The position numbers and the translations under genes were made by a program. From NCBI GenBank assembly GCA_973895155.1, contig OZ316891.1, forward strand, positions 7,433,808 to 7,497,807: DNA of 64,000 nt, given 5' to 3'. Within the stretch, counting starts at the first letter, position 1. Every line of letters starts with the position of its first letter. The notes under the pieces were generated by a model. The model ran no database searches, had not been told where the DNA came from, and worked only from the letters and a program-made list of their open reading frames with translations. This document shows positions 21,301-33,450 of this stretch, in pieces. Source of the stretch: Marsupella aquatica. Taxonomy: Eukaryota > Plantae > Marchantiophyta.

Positions 21301-23092
21301 TCTCAAAACACTTGGTTGCGATTGCGCTCAGGAGAGACAAAAGTAAGCGTGCATGCATCATGGTAGAGTTCACTTTGTTTAATCCCAAGCCTAATTTCTT
21401 TATCAATTGTGCATTTACCCTGCCACTGTGCTTACATGCAGGCATACTCCCACTGCCCCCTAAGACGATCGAGGTGCAAATTGTTGAATGGAGAACACAG
21501 CACGAACAAAACGCTTATTTTGATCAAGAGGAAAAGAGTAAGGAGTTATACAAGGTACGTAAGGCTCTTAATAATCCCCAATGTTGAAGACGTATGAGAG
21601 TTCAATTTGATCCCTTGAAGGTGTCTGTTCGGTGGCAATTAATGTGCCTGTAATGTTGTAGGAATTCCGTGACGCTGAAAGAGGTGCCTTATCGAATGTG
21701 TTGAGCGTTCTGCTCCGGTTGAGACAATTTGCAGTGCACCCGAAACTTCCTTCCTTATGTAAAATTTGCAAAGAGGAGATCGGGAACAAAGTGCAAAGAA
21801 CGCCTCTTAGTGAGCCTCAACGAGCCCGACTCGTGTCAGAGTTTCAGCAATTGAAGATTGGAAGTGCTTGCGTGGACTGCAAGGTGAGTACAGTCACTTT
21901 GTGTATGGGGTATGATTGGGGTATGATTGAGGTATTTCAGTTACGTGCTTTGCCTAACAATTTCTGCACGCACTCACTTTAACGGTTGGATTGTGCAGGG
22001 GGGCTTGATTGGAAGTCCATTTCAGATTTCTGGCTGTGACCATGTATACTGTGGCATTTGTGCAATAGACCGGGAAGCTGGAACCTTCAAATCGGCAAAA
22101 TGTTCAAAATACGTGACAGCCCAGGTCCTATACAGGCCAGCTGATTTGAGGCTAATGAATGGTGGTGCGGAGTCAAAAGGGAAGGCGCGAAGAGAATATG
22201 ATGTCCGACACCCACCTTCTCCAAAATTTGATGCAGTCTTGGAATACCTGAAGTCAATTCCGCTGGACACTACAAGATAGGGCAGCAGCGAAAGCTTTGT
22301 GCCCAGGCAGAAGGCTCTTGTTTTCTCACAATGGACTTCGTGTCTCGACATGCTTGAGCCACACATTCTGAAGCCTGGTCTAAAGTTCACAAGGATTGAT
22401 GGAGGAATGAATTCCAATGTCAGAGAACAAGCCTTGAATGATTTCAAGATGACCCCAGAGGTACAACCGTCATTATCCGTCCAGATCGGTGTCTGTATTT
22501 GTTCAAAGGGTAAACTCTTTATATTCTAATTAAACTATTTCTACTCATTTCATGCAGATCAGCATTATCCTCTTGTCCTTGATGGCAACGAACACAGGAC
22601 TCAACATCACTGAGGCTACACATGTTCTTATGGTAGACGGGTGGTGGAATCCCACGATAGAGGACCAGGCCGTCGATCGGTCACATCGTATAGGACAAAC
22701 AAGGCCGGTGAAAGTCGTCAGGTTTATCGCCAAAGATTCGATTGAGTTGAAGATTTTGGAGCTGCAGGTAAGATTAGAAGTGCTTGCGTGGACTGCAAGG
22801 TGAATAAAGTCACTCTGTGTATGGGGTATTATTGGGGTATTATTGGGGTATTTCAGTTCGCGTGCTTTGCCTAACAATTCCTGCACGCACTCACTAGTAA
22901 TGATGAATTACGAATTCCATATATGTGGTCTCTAATTGTACGCATGTTGCATGTTTTGTGCAGAACAAAAAATGAGTGATGATCAGGGACATCATGTATG
23001 GCTGTGCGACCGGGAAAAAAGATAACATGGAACAAAATCTGGAGTTCATACTGGGAGAGAATCGGCAGCAGAGGTTCAATGCATCAGAGTAG
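18357..23092 (+). pseudogene. Multi-exon RAD5/16-family SNF2 ATPase with RING finger, N-terminally fused to a TE-associated domain, acidic repeats and a coiled coil
   Basis: Predicted exons ~18355-20312, 20405-20563, 20718-21342, 21442-21554, 21662-21883, 21999-22460, 22558-22767, 22964-23092. They give GGMLADDQ|GMGKT, LDECH, WCLSGTPIQN, LLRLRQ, RING CVDC..CDHVYCGIC, VFSQW, RIDG, GLNITEA and WWNP..EDQAVDRSHRIGQ. In-frame stops at 19347, ~19536, ~19872, 22278 and 22973. Confidence 0.85.
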
Positions 23093-24977
23093 CTAGATGA
23101 GTTTTAGCTAAGGTTCTCTTCGGTGCTTGAGTCAGTTAGGCAGTGACACTCTTATTGTTCGTTTACTTGTCAGTGCCACTCTCGTTTCCTCCCGTTGTGA
23201 TTTTAGTGCAGCGGGACAACGATGAGACTAGGAGGACAGAGCCTGAGTGGGTCTTTCCTTGCCACATATGTACCTGTTCGAGCCTCCTGCGGGAGCATTA
23301 TGAATTGAACACTTAATCTTTGAATCATGTCCACTGTTTCTCATGTCCACTGTTTCTTTGGTATTCTTTCTTGTGTTCTTTTGTGTGTGTTTAGGGTTTA
23401 GGTTATGCACTTGCAAGACACACCGAATGATTACCCTAGGGACATAGGTAATTTACAAGCATAGCAGCCCGTCCACTACAAGGAGATTTGGTTCCCTACT
23501 AAATATGGGACAAATACCTTACCATGAATCGCTTTGATAAGAGGGGAATGAATTCCCAACTCATCTTCTGGAAATTACCCCCAATAGTAAGGGGGCGGGG
23601 AGCATGAGGTACGTTGGGGTTAATTTCCCTACTTACCCCCTGTATTCCCCTCTTTCAAACTCCTAACCTTGCAGATCTTCCTTGTGATTTGGGCCATGAT
23701 CATGTACCGGGGGTAGGGCGGTCAGTTAATGATGGATAGGTATGAGGGGAACCCGGGTTGCGCCCAAGAAGGAGTTGTTTTGGATGAACAGTGGGTGTTG
23801 GTTTTGGTTCCGGCTTATGGCATCTAGAGGACCTATCGCTGACCTACTTACCAATGTCTGTTGAGCTTGAGTTAGAATGCTAGACCTCGTGCTAGACTTG
23901 GGAGATCTAGATCCTGAGGGGTTACTTACAAAGATGCTTGGTCGCTTGTACAAACAGTGAGGACCATTGAGTAGCGATTGCGTTGGGAGCAAGTGCGGCT
24001 TTGTATGGGAGGGACCGTTGGTGGTGCAAGGGCCACTAGATTGTTTGCTTGAGGTATTACATGGAAGCATTTGGGCACCAGGGGCACCAGGGGCACTTAG
24101 GCGTGGGTGCTAGGATTGGTGAGGTCGTTGGGTGGTAAGGTCCACCACTCTAGCTGAGGGCTGGTCGGGTCATGGGAAAAGGGCCGGGCTCAAGGTCAAC
24201 CGTACAGACCTCTAGATGGACTTTAGTTTTGAGGACTTGAGTGAGAGCTCCTCTTGGGCCCAAGGCAAATGAAGTTTACTTCATGTGCAACGGACACTTG
24301 GGGCACGAGTTACGGCCCAATCCAGGTTTGGCCGCTTGGGGGCTCTAGACGACTACGGGTTCTGAGGGCCTAGTCATGAGCATTGGGTTGGCCCAATCAC
24401 AATGAGCTAAGGCATTCCATGTACGGACACCTAACTAGAAAGTTATGGGCATAGCCAGTTGGTGGCGTGCCCAAACATGCAGGTTGGGGTCTAGGTGGGG
24501 GACCAAAATTTGGGGACCAAAGTTGGTCCGGGGGTGGCAGGTCTCCAGAAGCATATATGAGGGGAGTGGTGTCTCCCTGGGGGGCTAAGGGCGAGCCGAA
24601 GTCGTGAGCTGCGGCGGTCACGACACTAAGGGAAAATGCCAAACGGAAATAACGATAACTTCCCAACGGAAAGTCCATTGGAGGACTTTTTGGGTGCGGT
24701 GGGAAAGCTCTCAAGGAGAACTACATCCTCCTGAGCTTAGTTGGCTCTAGGGATGCCATGGATTCTTGGCGTTTGCGGGGGCTATCTCCCTCGCTTGTCA
24801 AATCCTACCAAAATAGCAGCCAAACCGGGTTCAGTCTCCCAAGGGAGCTTGCATTGGGGAGGTAAAGCGAAGTAGGCATGAAGGTTGAGTTCCAAGTCCA
24901 CTTGGCCCCTAGAATATCAGTGGGGGAGAACTGGGAGTTGGTTGTTAGAGTCGGGGCCTTTCTGGTCCCGGCGTGTT

Positions 24978-25031
24978 GGGACAAGTTTGGGACAAACTTT
25001 AGGACAAGTTTGGGACAAACTTTAGGACAAG
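24978..25031. repeat. Short tandem repeat, 22-bp unit GGACAAGTTTGGGACAAACTTTA-like, about 2.4 copies
   Basis: Read directly from the sequence. Confidence 0.8.
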
Positions 25032-25994
25032 CTATGCTAATTGGGCATTATGTTTTTAATTGCAGGCCAACCATGCAGTCAATTAATACTACATAAAATT
25101 TTCCTGTAAATACACCAGAGAATACAGTTTGCATAAGTATAGACCCTCACTAACAGAAGAATACATACTTGCATTTATCAAGTTAGTGTAATGCACGCAA
25201 AAGAAGTATTTATTTACAAGTGCAACAGACGGTTACATAGAGTAGTTGCATGCACTTATCCAAGTGAACCATGGATTATCAGGCTTGAGGTATGAGGAGT
25301 CCCATGTGTGTAGCCTGAAAACACATACGAGGAAGTGTGTAAACTTTGCAATTTTTCATGCACTTCATTGAGTAGTGCAACCAGGCACATATGGAGAAGT
25401 GCATAAATGATATCCCAGGGCACCACTAACATAGTGCATACTGTAAATAAATGGGCTACCTAGGATGCCTTCATGGGAGCTTGCAATCAGACTTAGTAGA
25501 TTGTATCCTAGTGCCCCTTGTAGTTCCTGGCCGGATTGACGTGATCTTTCCAATGAGCCTAATATTGTCAAATTTCATTGATAATTGAGAGACCTACAAT
25601 TCCCAAACCACAGTTCACTCATCTATGCAATATGTGCTATATGAGCATAGATAGGATTTTGTTGTAGTCCATCAAGATAGCAAAAATCTAGAGCATTGTG
25701 ACCAACATGGATGTCCATCCGGGCTTCAATTCCTATCACCACAATGCCAAAATAGTATTCTCTAGTCTTTGTTTTCTACATAAAACAAACTTACAATGTA
25801 TGCACCAAAAATTCAGTGTCTGCATCAGATGCTCAAAATATTCTTTAATTTACATCAAAAAATTCTTTTGACGGTTCATAAGTACTTAAAAATATTTTGT
25901 TAACTAGTCAAGTCCAAACTTCAATAACTATTTGTTTTTGAGCAAACAGGGATGGTATTATGGTAAAAGAAGTATACTCGAGAGTATACCTTAG

Positions 25995-26329
25995 TGTTAC
26001 ATGTTCAGCAATGGACCGCTCATAGACAACATACACATGTGAAACATCCAACAAGCAAGTATCTCAACACAAGTGACACGTGGTTCAATCACCCCTCTGT
26101 AGGCTATGTCCAATGGGACACACATTCAAGAGGACTTCACTAGATTGTAAGCCCAGTGACCACACCAAGTCTCTACTCTCCCTATTCTCATAAAACTTTG
26201 TAACAAAGGGGCAATTGCTGCTTGACTGTGCATATCTAATCTTGATCAAGTATGTACCTCAACATGGTTAGACTAACTATGGTTATATAGTAACTCTAGA
26301 CCCAAGAGTAACTGTCTAGCATGATAACA
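25995..26329 (-). mobile_element. Probable Copia solo-LTR remnant
   Basis: TGTTA...TAACA ends. The internal ACACAAGTGACACGTGGTTCA...AGGCTATGTCCAATGGGACACACA resembles the reverse complement of the U5 part of LTR 47336-47719. No TSD found. Confidence 0.45.
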
Positions 26330-26409
26330 CCAATTTTAGTTTCAGCTTTTTACTAGGTTACCCCGCATTCTGAGACTTATTACAAACCAGCTCAATACCC
26401 ATGCATTGC

Positions 26410-27060
26410 ACAAAATGTCATTAAGAAAAAAGATGTGGAGTCGCCCAGATGTTGTTACATGAAAGATGTCATAAATTAAAAAGATGTCATTAAGAAGAAA
26501 GAAGTAATTTTGCCAAGATGTTGTTATATATGTGAGAGATGTTGTCAAGTAAAAAGATGTCGTTAAGAAAAAAGAAGTCGTGCTGCCAAAGATGTCGTTT
26601 TGTGAAAGATGTTTTCAAGTAAAAAGCTTGGGGGTTTTATTTCCACAAAAATGGCACATCACGTGCAACGAAGAATATAGGGTTGTTTTATTGGTTTGAA
26701 GGAAAGACGTAAGAGTTTGCTTAGAAGAACGATAGTGTATTTTGAATCTAATATTGAGACATATAAGAACATGAGGGTCCTTCTAACCAAGTTTTTGGAA
26801 TATTCCAAGAATATTCTAACTTTATAGGGGTTGAAAAATATTTTTTCTTACATTTTAGGGGATCAGAGGCCTAAAAATGTCGCAGTTGATGGGGAGGCCT
26901 CCATATAGTGAGACCCCCAAGGTAAAAAGTTGTTGTGAAAAAAATGAAGTCATTTTACCAAATATGTTGTTATGGGAAAGATGTTCTCAAGTAAAAAGAT
27001 GTCACTAAGAAAAAAGAAGTCTTGTCACCAACGATGTTGTTATGTGAAAGATATAAAGAA
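26410..27060. repeat. Degenerate ~65-70 bp A-rich repeats (AAAAAGATGTC..TAAGAAAAAAGAAGT...GATGTTGTTAT)
   Basis: Several copies at 26410-26630 and 26935-27060. Confidence 0.55.
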
Positions 27061-30000
27061 AGATATCAGGTGAAAAAGCCCAACAGAAAAATTCATTCCC
27101 CTATTTATCCTTGTTTTCTTTTCCACACCTTTTTACCCTGACTTGCTCCAATATCCAGGTGTGAGAGTAAAGTGTGATGACATTGATATAGTTTTGGTCT
27201 TTTTGAGGGTGTGTTTCTGTCTTATTGCTTTGATTTTTCTATTTTTGATTTTTCGCACCGTAAAGGTCGTGGAAAATTTAATCGATGACCACTGTAAAAA
27301 AAGTGTTCAACCCTTTATTATAGTTTTTGATATAACCCCATTCTAATTTAATTAATATATTGTTCCCCATATGGTACAAGGGCTGCAGTTTCTGGTATTT
27401 GTGCCTAGGATCAAACCTATTGGCTCGAATGATAGGCAGCACGATGATCTTTAGGGAAGCACTTTGCTTGCAATTGTCACATCTCAATCACAGTCAGTTT
27501 CCCACCAGGCCCAGCCCGGCCTATTGTGTTTGCAATGAGAAAACGTGTCCAGCAACTGTCATGCCGAGGGACAGTGCCTCTTATGCACATCGGCATGTCC
27601 CTCACATGTCCGCTAGGTATGTAGTTAGGGCTAGTGTACTACTTGAGTTAGCGACATGTTCTTATAGCAAATGCCAGGCGTTCTTGAAGCAAACGCGCTT
27701 GTTAGTGTGACGTCAGGACTTTGTTTACTTAGGGCATGTCTTTGTTTGTGGGTTTTTCAGTTCTTCTTGAATCGCTGTTGACAGAGCTCAGATAGTGCTC
27801 GTCGGTTCCGTACCCGGCTGATCTTGGCATCCTGCCGGTTTTTGATTCAATTTCAGTACAATTGTTTCTCTTACGCCTTTTATTCAAGAAGAACTGTCGA
27901 GTGAAGGGAAGAAAATCAAAAACATTGTGCTTCTCAGCTGCTCATGCTGGTCTAGACAATTTCCGTCAAAGCCGGTGCAATTTCTTTGCAGAAAAATCAA
28001 GCGATGGGGTTAGAGTTAGATTTTTCCTTGTATACACATCACTTATGTGTATACACTTAAACTCTTGGACTGGCGGAGTACACCCAGGAGGAGACGAGGG
28101 GAGAGCTTGGCTGGAGGTTTTGCATGTTGCCCAGGTTTTTCTTTTCCGGCCGCAACCTGCTTCACGACCTACTGCCATGACCTTTGTCGGCGACTTGCTG
28201 CCGACTGCACACGACGCTGTGCTCTTGCTGGAGTTTTTAACGACCCTTAGAAGCCCCTTTTTCGTTGGTTTTATGGCCATTTCCCGGCCACGGCTGCCAT
28301 CTTGCATCGGCTGCCGCGCGACAACCTCAGGACTGCCTCGGCCACCGCACGACAACCTCAGGACTGCCTCGGCCACCGCACGACTGCTTCTCGACTACAT
28401 AGGGCCACGCGCCCATTTTTGTTTCGCCTTTTTTGCCATTTTTTGCCTTCGTCGCCTCGCCACTCCTTTCGCTTTGGTGTGCAGGTTGTGCATAGGGCAT
28501 CGTGCCCCTTGCCTCGCCCATTTCCTTCCTTCTTTTTCCCTACCGTTATCAGCAATTAAAGCAGCTGGATGGGGGGGGAAGCGAGCGTAAGGAGAGGGCA
28601 CAAGGCCCTATGGAGAATAAAGAGGGGGAGGGGGAGTAATCATTCGACTCCCTCTCTTGGGAGTCCCCCCCTGCAGAGCACAAAGCCCATCCAGCAGCAT
28701 TAAGGAAGGAGGGGGAAGCGAAAGGAGGGCACCAAGCCCTAGGTAGCATTAAGTGGGGAGGAGGTGATTTTTGGCAGTAATGGAGGAGCCTTGCCAGAAG
28801 CAAAGCGAGGGAGAAGGCATGAGGCCCAACAGGAATCATTAAGGAGGGGAGAGGGAGCTCGTAGCCTCTCTTTGGGAGTTCATAAAGGGGGGCACGAAGC
28901 CCTATGGAGGGTTCAGGAGCCATTAAGAGGGGCTCATTTCTTTCTGTTCACCCTTGCCTTAATTTTGCCTCGGTTTTTCTTTGGCACTTACCCTGCCTCG
29001 CCTCACCCTTTCTTTGTCTTTCGGGCTGGATTCTTTCCTTTCGCCTTGCTCGACAGCATAGGGCCGCGCACCACTTTTTTAGTTGTGTATAGGTCGCTTG
29101 CCTATACACATTCGGCCGGTCGGCCTTAAACCCAATGTGTATACACTTAGGGGTGGGCCCATTTTTCTCGTATTTCTTTTCCCTCGATGCGCCTCCCTTG
29201 CTTTCCATTCCGAACGGCTGCACTTTCCTGGTCCACAATGGGGCCCGATGTGTATAGATTTTAGGGGCCCTCCATTACGCCCTCCTCATATGCATACCGC
29301 TGCGGGTCCTGTGTCTACACATCGGACGGTCAATTTGGCATATAATAGGCAAATGTGAAGGGGGCTGAATTTGCGCTTTTAAGGGTCATTTTTTTCCGAC
29401 GGTTTTTCTTTGTAATGGTTTTTATGTGTGTTCACACATTTTGTACATTTGGCACCCCAGGTTAGCATGCAGCATGTCAGCAGACGAGCCAGGAGGTAGC
29501 AGCACATCGCCACCGACACCCACACCACGCCATCCTTCTGCTACATTTGGCGGTCGCTTCACCACTACGCCGAAGCCTACTATCACTTCATTGCCATTTA
29601 CCCCTTCTGCATCAGTGGTTGTTCCAGCTTCACCGACATACAACATGGATGCCAACCACTCATCTGGCCGCATTGAGCGCTTCAGCGGGCGGCCAGGCAC
29701 TGTTTCTTTGTGTGAGTTCAAATCCACTTTCTACACTGTCGTATACGAATTGGAGTTGAAATGTGGCAACAATTTCACAAATGCTTTTGCATTTAAGCAG
29801 CTAGCCAGGTATGTGCACCATGAGGCTTTGGATGTGTATGAGCAGCATTCTCAACGGCTGCTTGCTGTCACACAGTTGCCTAACCCTACCTATGCCAGTG
29901 CAATTGCGGCAGCCTCACAATTGGCCTTACAGAATGTCATTGCAGCCCATGCTGCTGCTCCTGCCACTTCCCCTCCTACTCTAGTTCCTACCACTGCGCC

Positions 30001-32489
30001 AGTTACTCCCACTGTCTTGGCACAGGCTACATCAGGCATTTCTCCCACCATTGATTCTCCTGCCTTTGCTGATCCAGTGGCTGAGTTTTTCCAGGTTCTT
30101 GAATTGGAATTCCCAATCAAGAGTGCTAACAAAATCATGCAGTTGGCCACCTTTGTGAGGCAGCGCGATGAAACCTTGAAGATGATGTATTGTCGGCTTC
30201 TCAAGCTGAAGGAGGACACCCAGAGCATCACTGACCTGGAAGTTGCTCATCGCTATCTTCGCGCATTGGAGGGCACACCAGCTCTCCATTCGCAAGTGTT
30301 GCAGCAAGTATTCTCAGAGTTTGGAGACAGCTACACCCTGCTCAATGTCTATGACACTGCTGAGAAACTTGAGTTAGCCCATGCACATTATGAGGCCAGT
30401 ATTGCTTGTCCACCGTGATCCAGGTACCAGGCTGCTGCCCCTACAATGGCCACCCCTTCCCGTGTGCCACAGTATGCTTCCAAGACCAAACCAGCACATG
30501 CTGCTTTCATGCTGCCATCTTGCAACTACTGTGGCAATCCTAATCACAAAGCTAATGAATGTGATATTGTTGCTAAGGACCTGTCTTGTGTTTTTTGCGG
30601 GAAAGTGGGCCACTTGGAGGCAGTTTGTTTTGCCAATTCCCAGAGAGGAAGCAGCTACGACAACAGGCCACTCATCTTGCTCTTGTTTCCACTCCCCCAC
30701 CAGCTAGGAGGGCTCCTACTGCATCAGTTGCTCCTCCTTCCAGTGGCAAAGCACCCAGTGCCAACAAATTGCCCAAGCAGCAACAGAAGCAACCAGCTCA
30801 GAAGGAGGCTCATAATGCACAGGCAACTCAACTCCAGTCTCTGACTCATGAGGTTGAGTCCCTACGTGCCCAACTTGCCAACATAAAAGGCAAGTCACCT
30901 GCCTCTGCTGGTCCTTCTCAACTGGCTGGTCACGTGCAACCCATCCCGGGCCCAGGCACCACTGACAGTTCAGCATCTCTACCCCGCTCTTTCTATGGCT
31001 TGCCATTTGATGCTCATATGGGTGAGTGTGTGCTATCCTCTGCTACACAGCCTGGCCTTACAGCAGAATTTTCAGATTCATTCTGCCCTTCCTATTTTGC
31101 TTACCAGCAGGCTAGTGCAGCCTCCCGTATTGCTCCCACACGCCGTATTGTACAGGCTGATGGTCTTGCTGCCGGTCCTATGACTAGAGCCAGGGGAGCT
31201 CGGGCTGTCTTGCCCCAATCTTTTCAGCCACTCACACTTGCTGAAGAGCGCACCTTGTTGGCGAGGGGGGAGGGAGCTGCAGCTACATCCATTCCACCAC
31301 CAGGTGTTGTTGACATTTCACAGGGAGTTGTTTCTCCTGAGTTGCTCGAGCATTTCACCTCCGGTATGGCACAAAAGATTCTTACAACTCCACTTTTCAG
31401 TTGCCATGATTTACAACTGGATGCTAGAGTTGTCATCAGAGCGCTAGAGGGCTCACTGCATTCTTTATCAGCCCCTGTGACACCGGTTTTGGAGGTCCGA
31501 TCTCATGTACATACTGGACCTTCTTCTTCTCCATTATATATTCACTGGTTTGGCTATCCCAGTACCAATTTCTAGTGGTAGAGATGATAGTATTGCTGCA
31601 GATTGTGTGACCAGAGCTACACTTGATTCTGGTCATGCTGCCCCATCTTTCCTGACTATGCTGTTGAATGCAAAAACCGTGGACACTGACTCCCTTCACA
31701 AAGTACCTCATCATTTGCCAAAAGTGGTGTCTAGCGACAGGACTTCAGTTTCCACCACCATTGCCATTGTTGACAACAGGAATTCAGCGGTCAAGTTGGA
31801 GGGTCACACTCCTCAGGTGGTCATGCTAGACACAGGTGCTCAACCAATGATATTGGGCATTCAGTTTGCCAAGAAGATGGGACTGCTGACTGATCATTTA
31901 CAGCAATCCAAGTGGCACATTTGGATTGCTAGTGGCACTGTGGAGGATGTGCTGGGTGAGAGTACGTTCTACTTTACTCACTCTCACTTTTAATGGAGGT
32001 ATAGATCAGGAACTGCATTTCCCAGTCAGATGTTTGGTTACCAATGCCACTACGTATGATGTGCTCATTGGCCAGGAGGCTTTGTTCCCACCAGGTTTTA
32101 CCATTGACAATTGGCATGAGCATGCATACTACAGAGTTGATTGGCATACAGATGGCTCACACTTGGGCTACATTCCACTTGATTTGCATGGTGCTCATAC
32201 ACCTATGGCTCACCACTGTGTTTTGAAAGCAGTGCACACAGCTACCTATGTCAACCACCCATTGCAGGATTGGATTGAGGAGAATGATGATGAGGTGGTT
32301 GCTGCACATGCTGCTGCACGTATAGCAGCACTTTCCATCAACGTGGATCATCAACCAGAGGTGGTACAACGGCTCCAAGCAGCCCATGGACCTTTGGTGG
32401 CTGCATTGCGCAAATTTGAGGACCTTGGGCAGCACAATGGACAACCAATAGCCCCAATCTTGAGCGCACCAGTTACATGGACTCCTCCT

Positions 32490-33450
32490 CCGGATGGCCT
32501 TACATTGTTTGAGCTTTTTGGTGGCATTTCTACAGGCCTGGAAGCTCTCCTACAGTCTGGCATGGTGGTGAAGCAGTACATCTACGTGGACATTGATCCA
32601 GGTGCAAGGCAAGTGGCTGAATCCCGTCTGCTAGAATTTTCAGAGCAATTTCCCCAGCAGTTTCCACATAGTGCATGGAAGTCTGCATTTTCTTTCTTCC
32701 CTCCAGCTTGTCCAGCACCGGCACTTAACTTGGCTCCCTTGATTTGATCATAGCTGCTTGGGAATGCCAAGGGTTTTCAGCTGCTGGTCACGGTGCTGGA
32801 TTGCATGATTCTCGTTCTGGCCTTTTCACAGCATTGGTTCAGATTCTCACTTGGGCTCAATCCCTTTATCCTGCTATTGGCTATATCATTGAGAATACTC
32901 CATCTAAGTTTGACCAGCGTCCACAGGTCAAAGAGGATTTCAGTGTGGTCCAACATTACTTGGGACCACCCCTTCTCATTGATGCAGTGCACTATGGTTC
33001 TTATGCACGTCGTCTTCGTAACTTTTGGACTAACCTTGCACCACCTTCCTTGTTGGAGTTAGCTCTTCACCACACATCCAGGGACACTAACCTCACAGTG
33101 GACCAGATTTTGGATCCTGACAATTCTTGCCAACCAGTTACACGGCAAGAGCCAGCACCTTGGTATCCAGCCAATACCATTGGATAGTCCCGTGCTGCTT
33201 GGCCTACATTTGTGTCCTTTCCAGGTGCACATGCTTTTCAGGCTGATGGTCCTGGCCTGGTTTACCGACATTCTACCGGTACATGGGATGAACCTAGTCG
33301 TGAGGAGAGAGAACGGGCTATGGGCTTCCAACCCGGTACTACATGCCACACCAAAATCACCAAGCTGGCCAGGAATGCTTTACTTGGCAGGGTAATAGAT
33401 CTTAATGCTCTCACTTGGCTTCTGGTCACTTGCATCCTTTTTCAGATGTA
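32490..33450 (+). pseudogene. DNMT3-like C5 cytosine methyltransferase domain within pol
   Basis: Motif I LFELFGGISTG, II YVDID, IV WECQGFSAAG, V DSRSGLF, VI IIENT, VIII ARRLRNFWTNL, IX ERERAMGF, X LARNALLGR, in canonical order. Confidence 0.88.

Larger units (their letters stand above)
1..24975 (+). mobile_element. Degenerate CACTA/CMC-like DNA transposon (transposase plus SNF2 cargo gene), interrupted by a Gypsy insertion; left end outside the window, right end tentative
   Basis: Split transposase (1-2148 and 15707-17671) is followed co-directionally by a spliced SNF2 gene. GGGGTAT motifs occur in non-coding parts of both genes. A GC-rich non-coding tract (23.6-24.97 kb) ends in ...CCCGGCGTG (reverse complement CACG...) before an abrupt switch to AT-rich DNA. 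The TIR partner is not visible. Confidence 0.5.

Noticed and set aside
20405-23092. Functional host RAD5/RAD16 gene
   Set aside because: It has in-frame stops at 22278 and 22973 plus three upstream, a TE-type N-terminus and a TE-embedded context. A host origin by capture is not excluded.
27862-29358. Cluster of overlapping 60-240 aa ORFs
   Set aside because: This is GC-rich repetitive non-coding DNA with no domain motifs and ORFs in all frames.
32490-33450. Bacterial restriction-modification methylase or contamination
   Set aside because: The domain is embedded collinearly between retroviral protease and RT, has DNMT3-like motifs VIII-X, and has no partner endonuclease.
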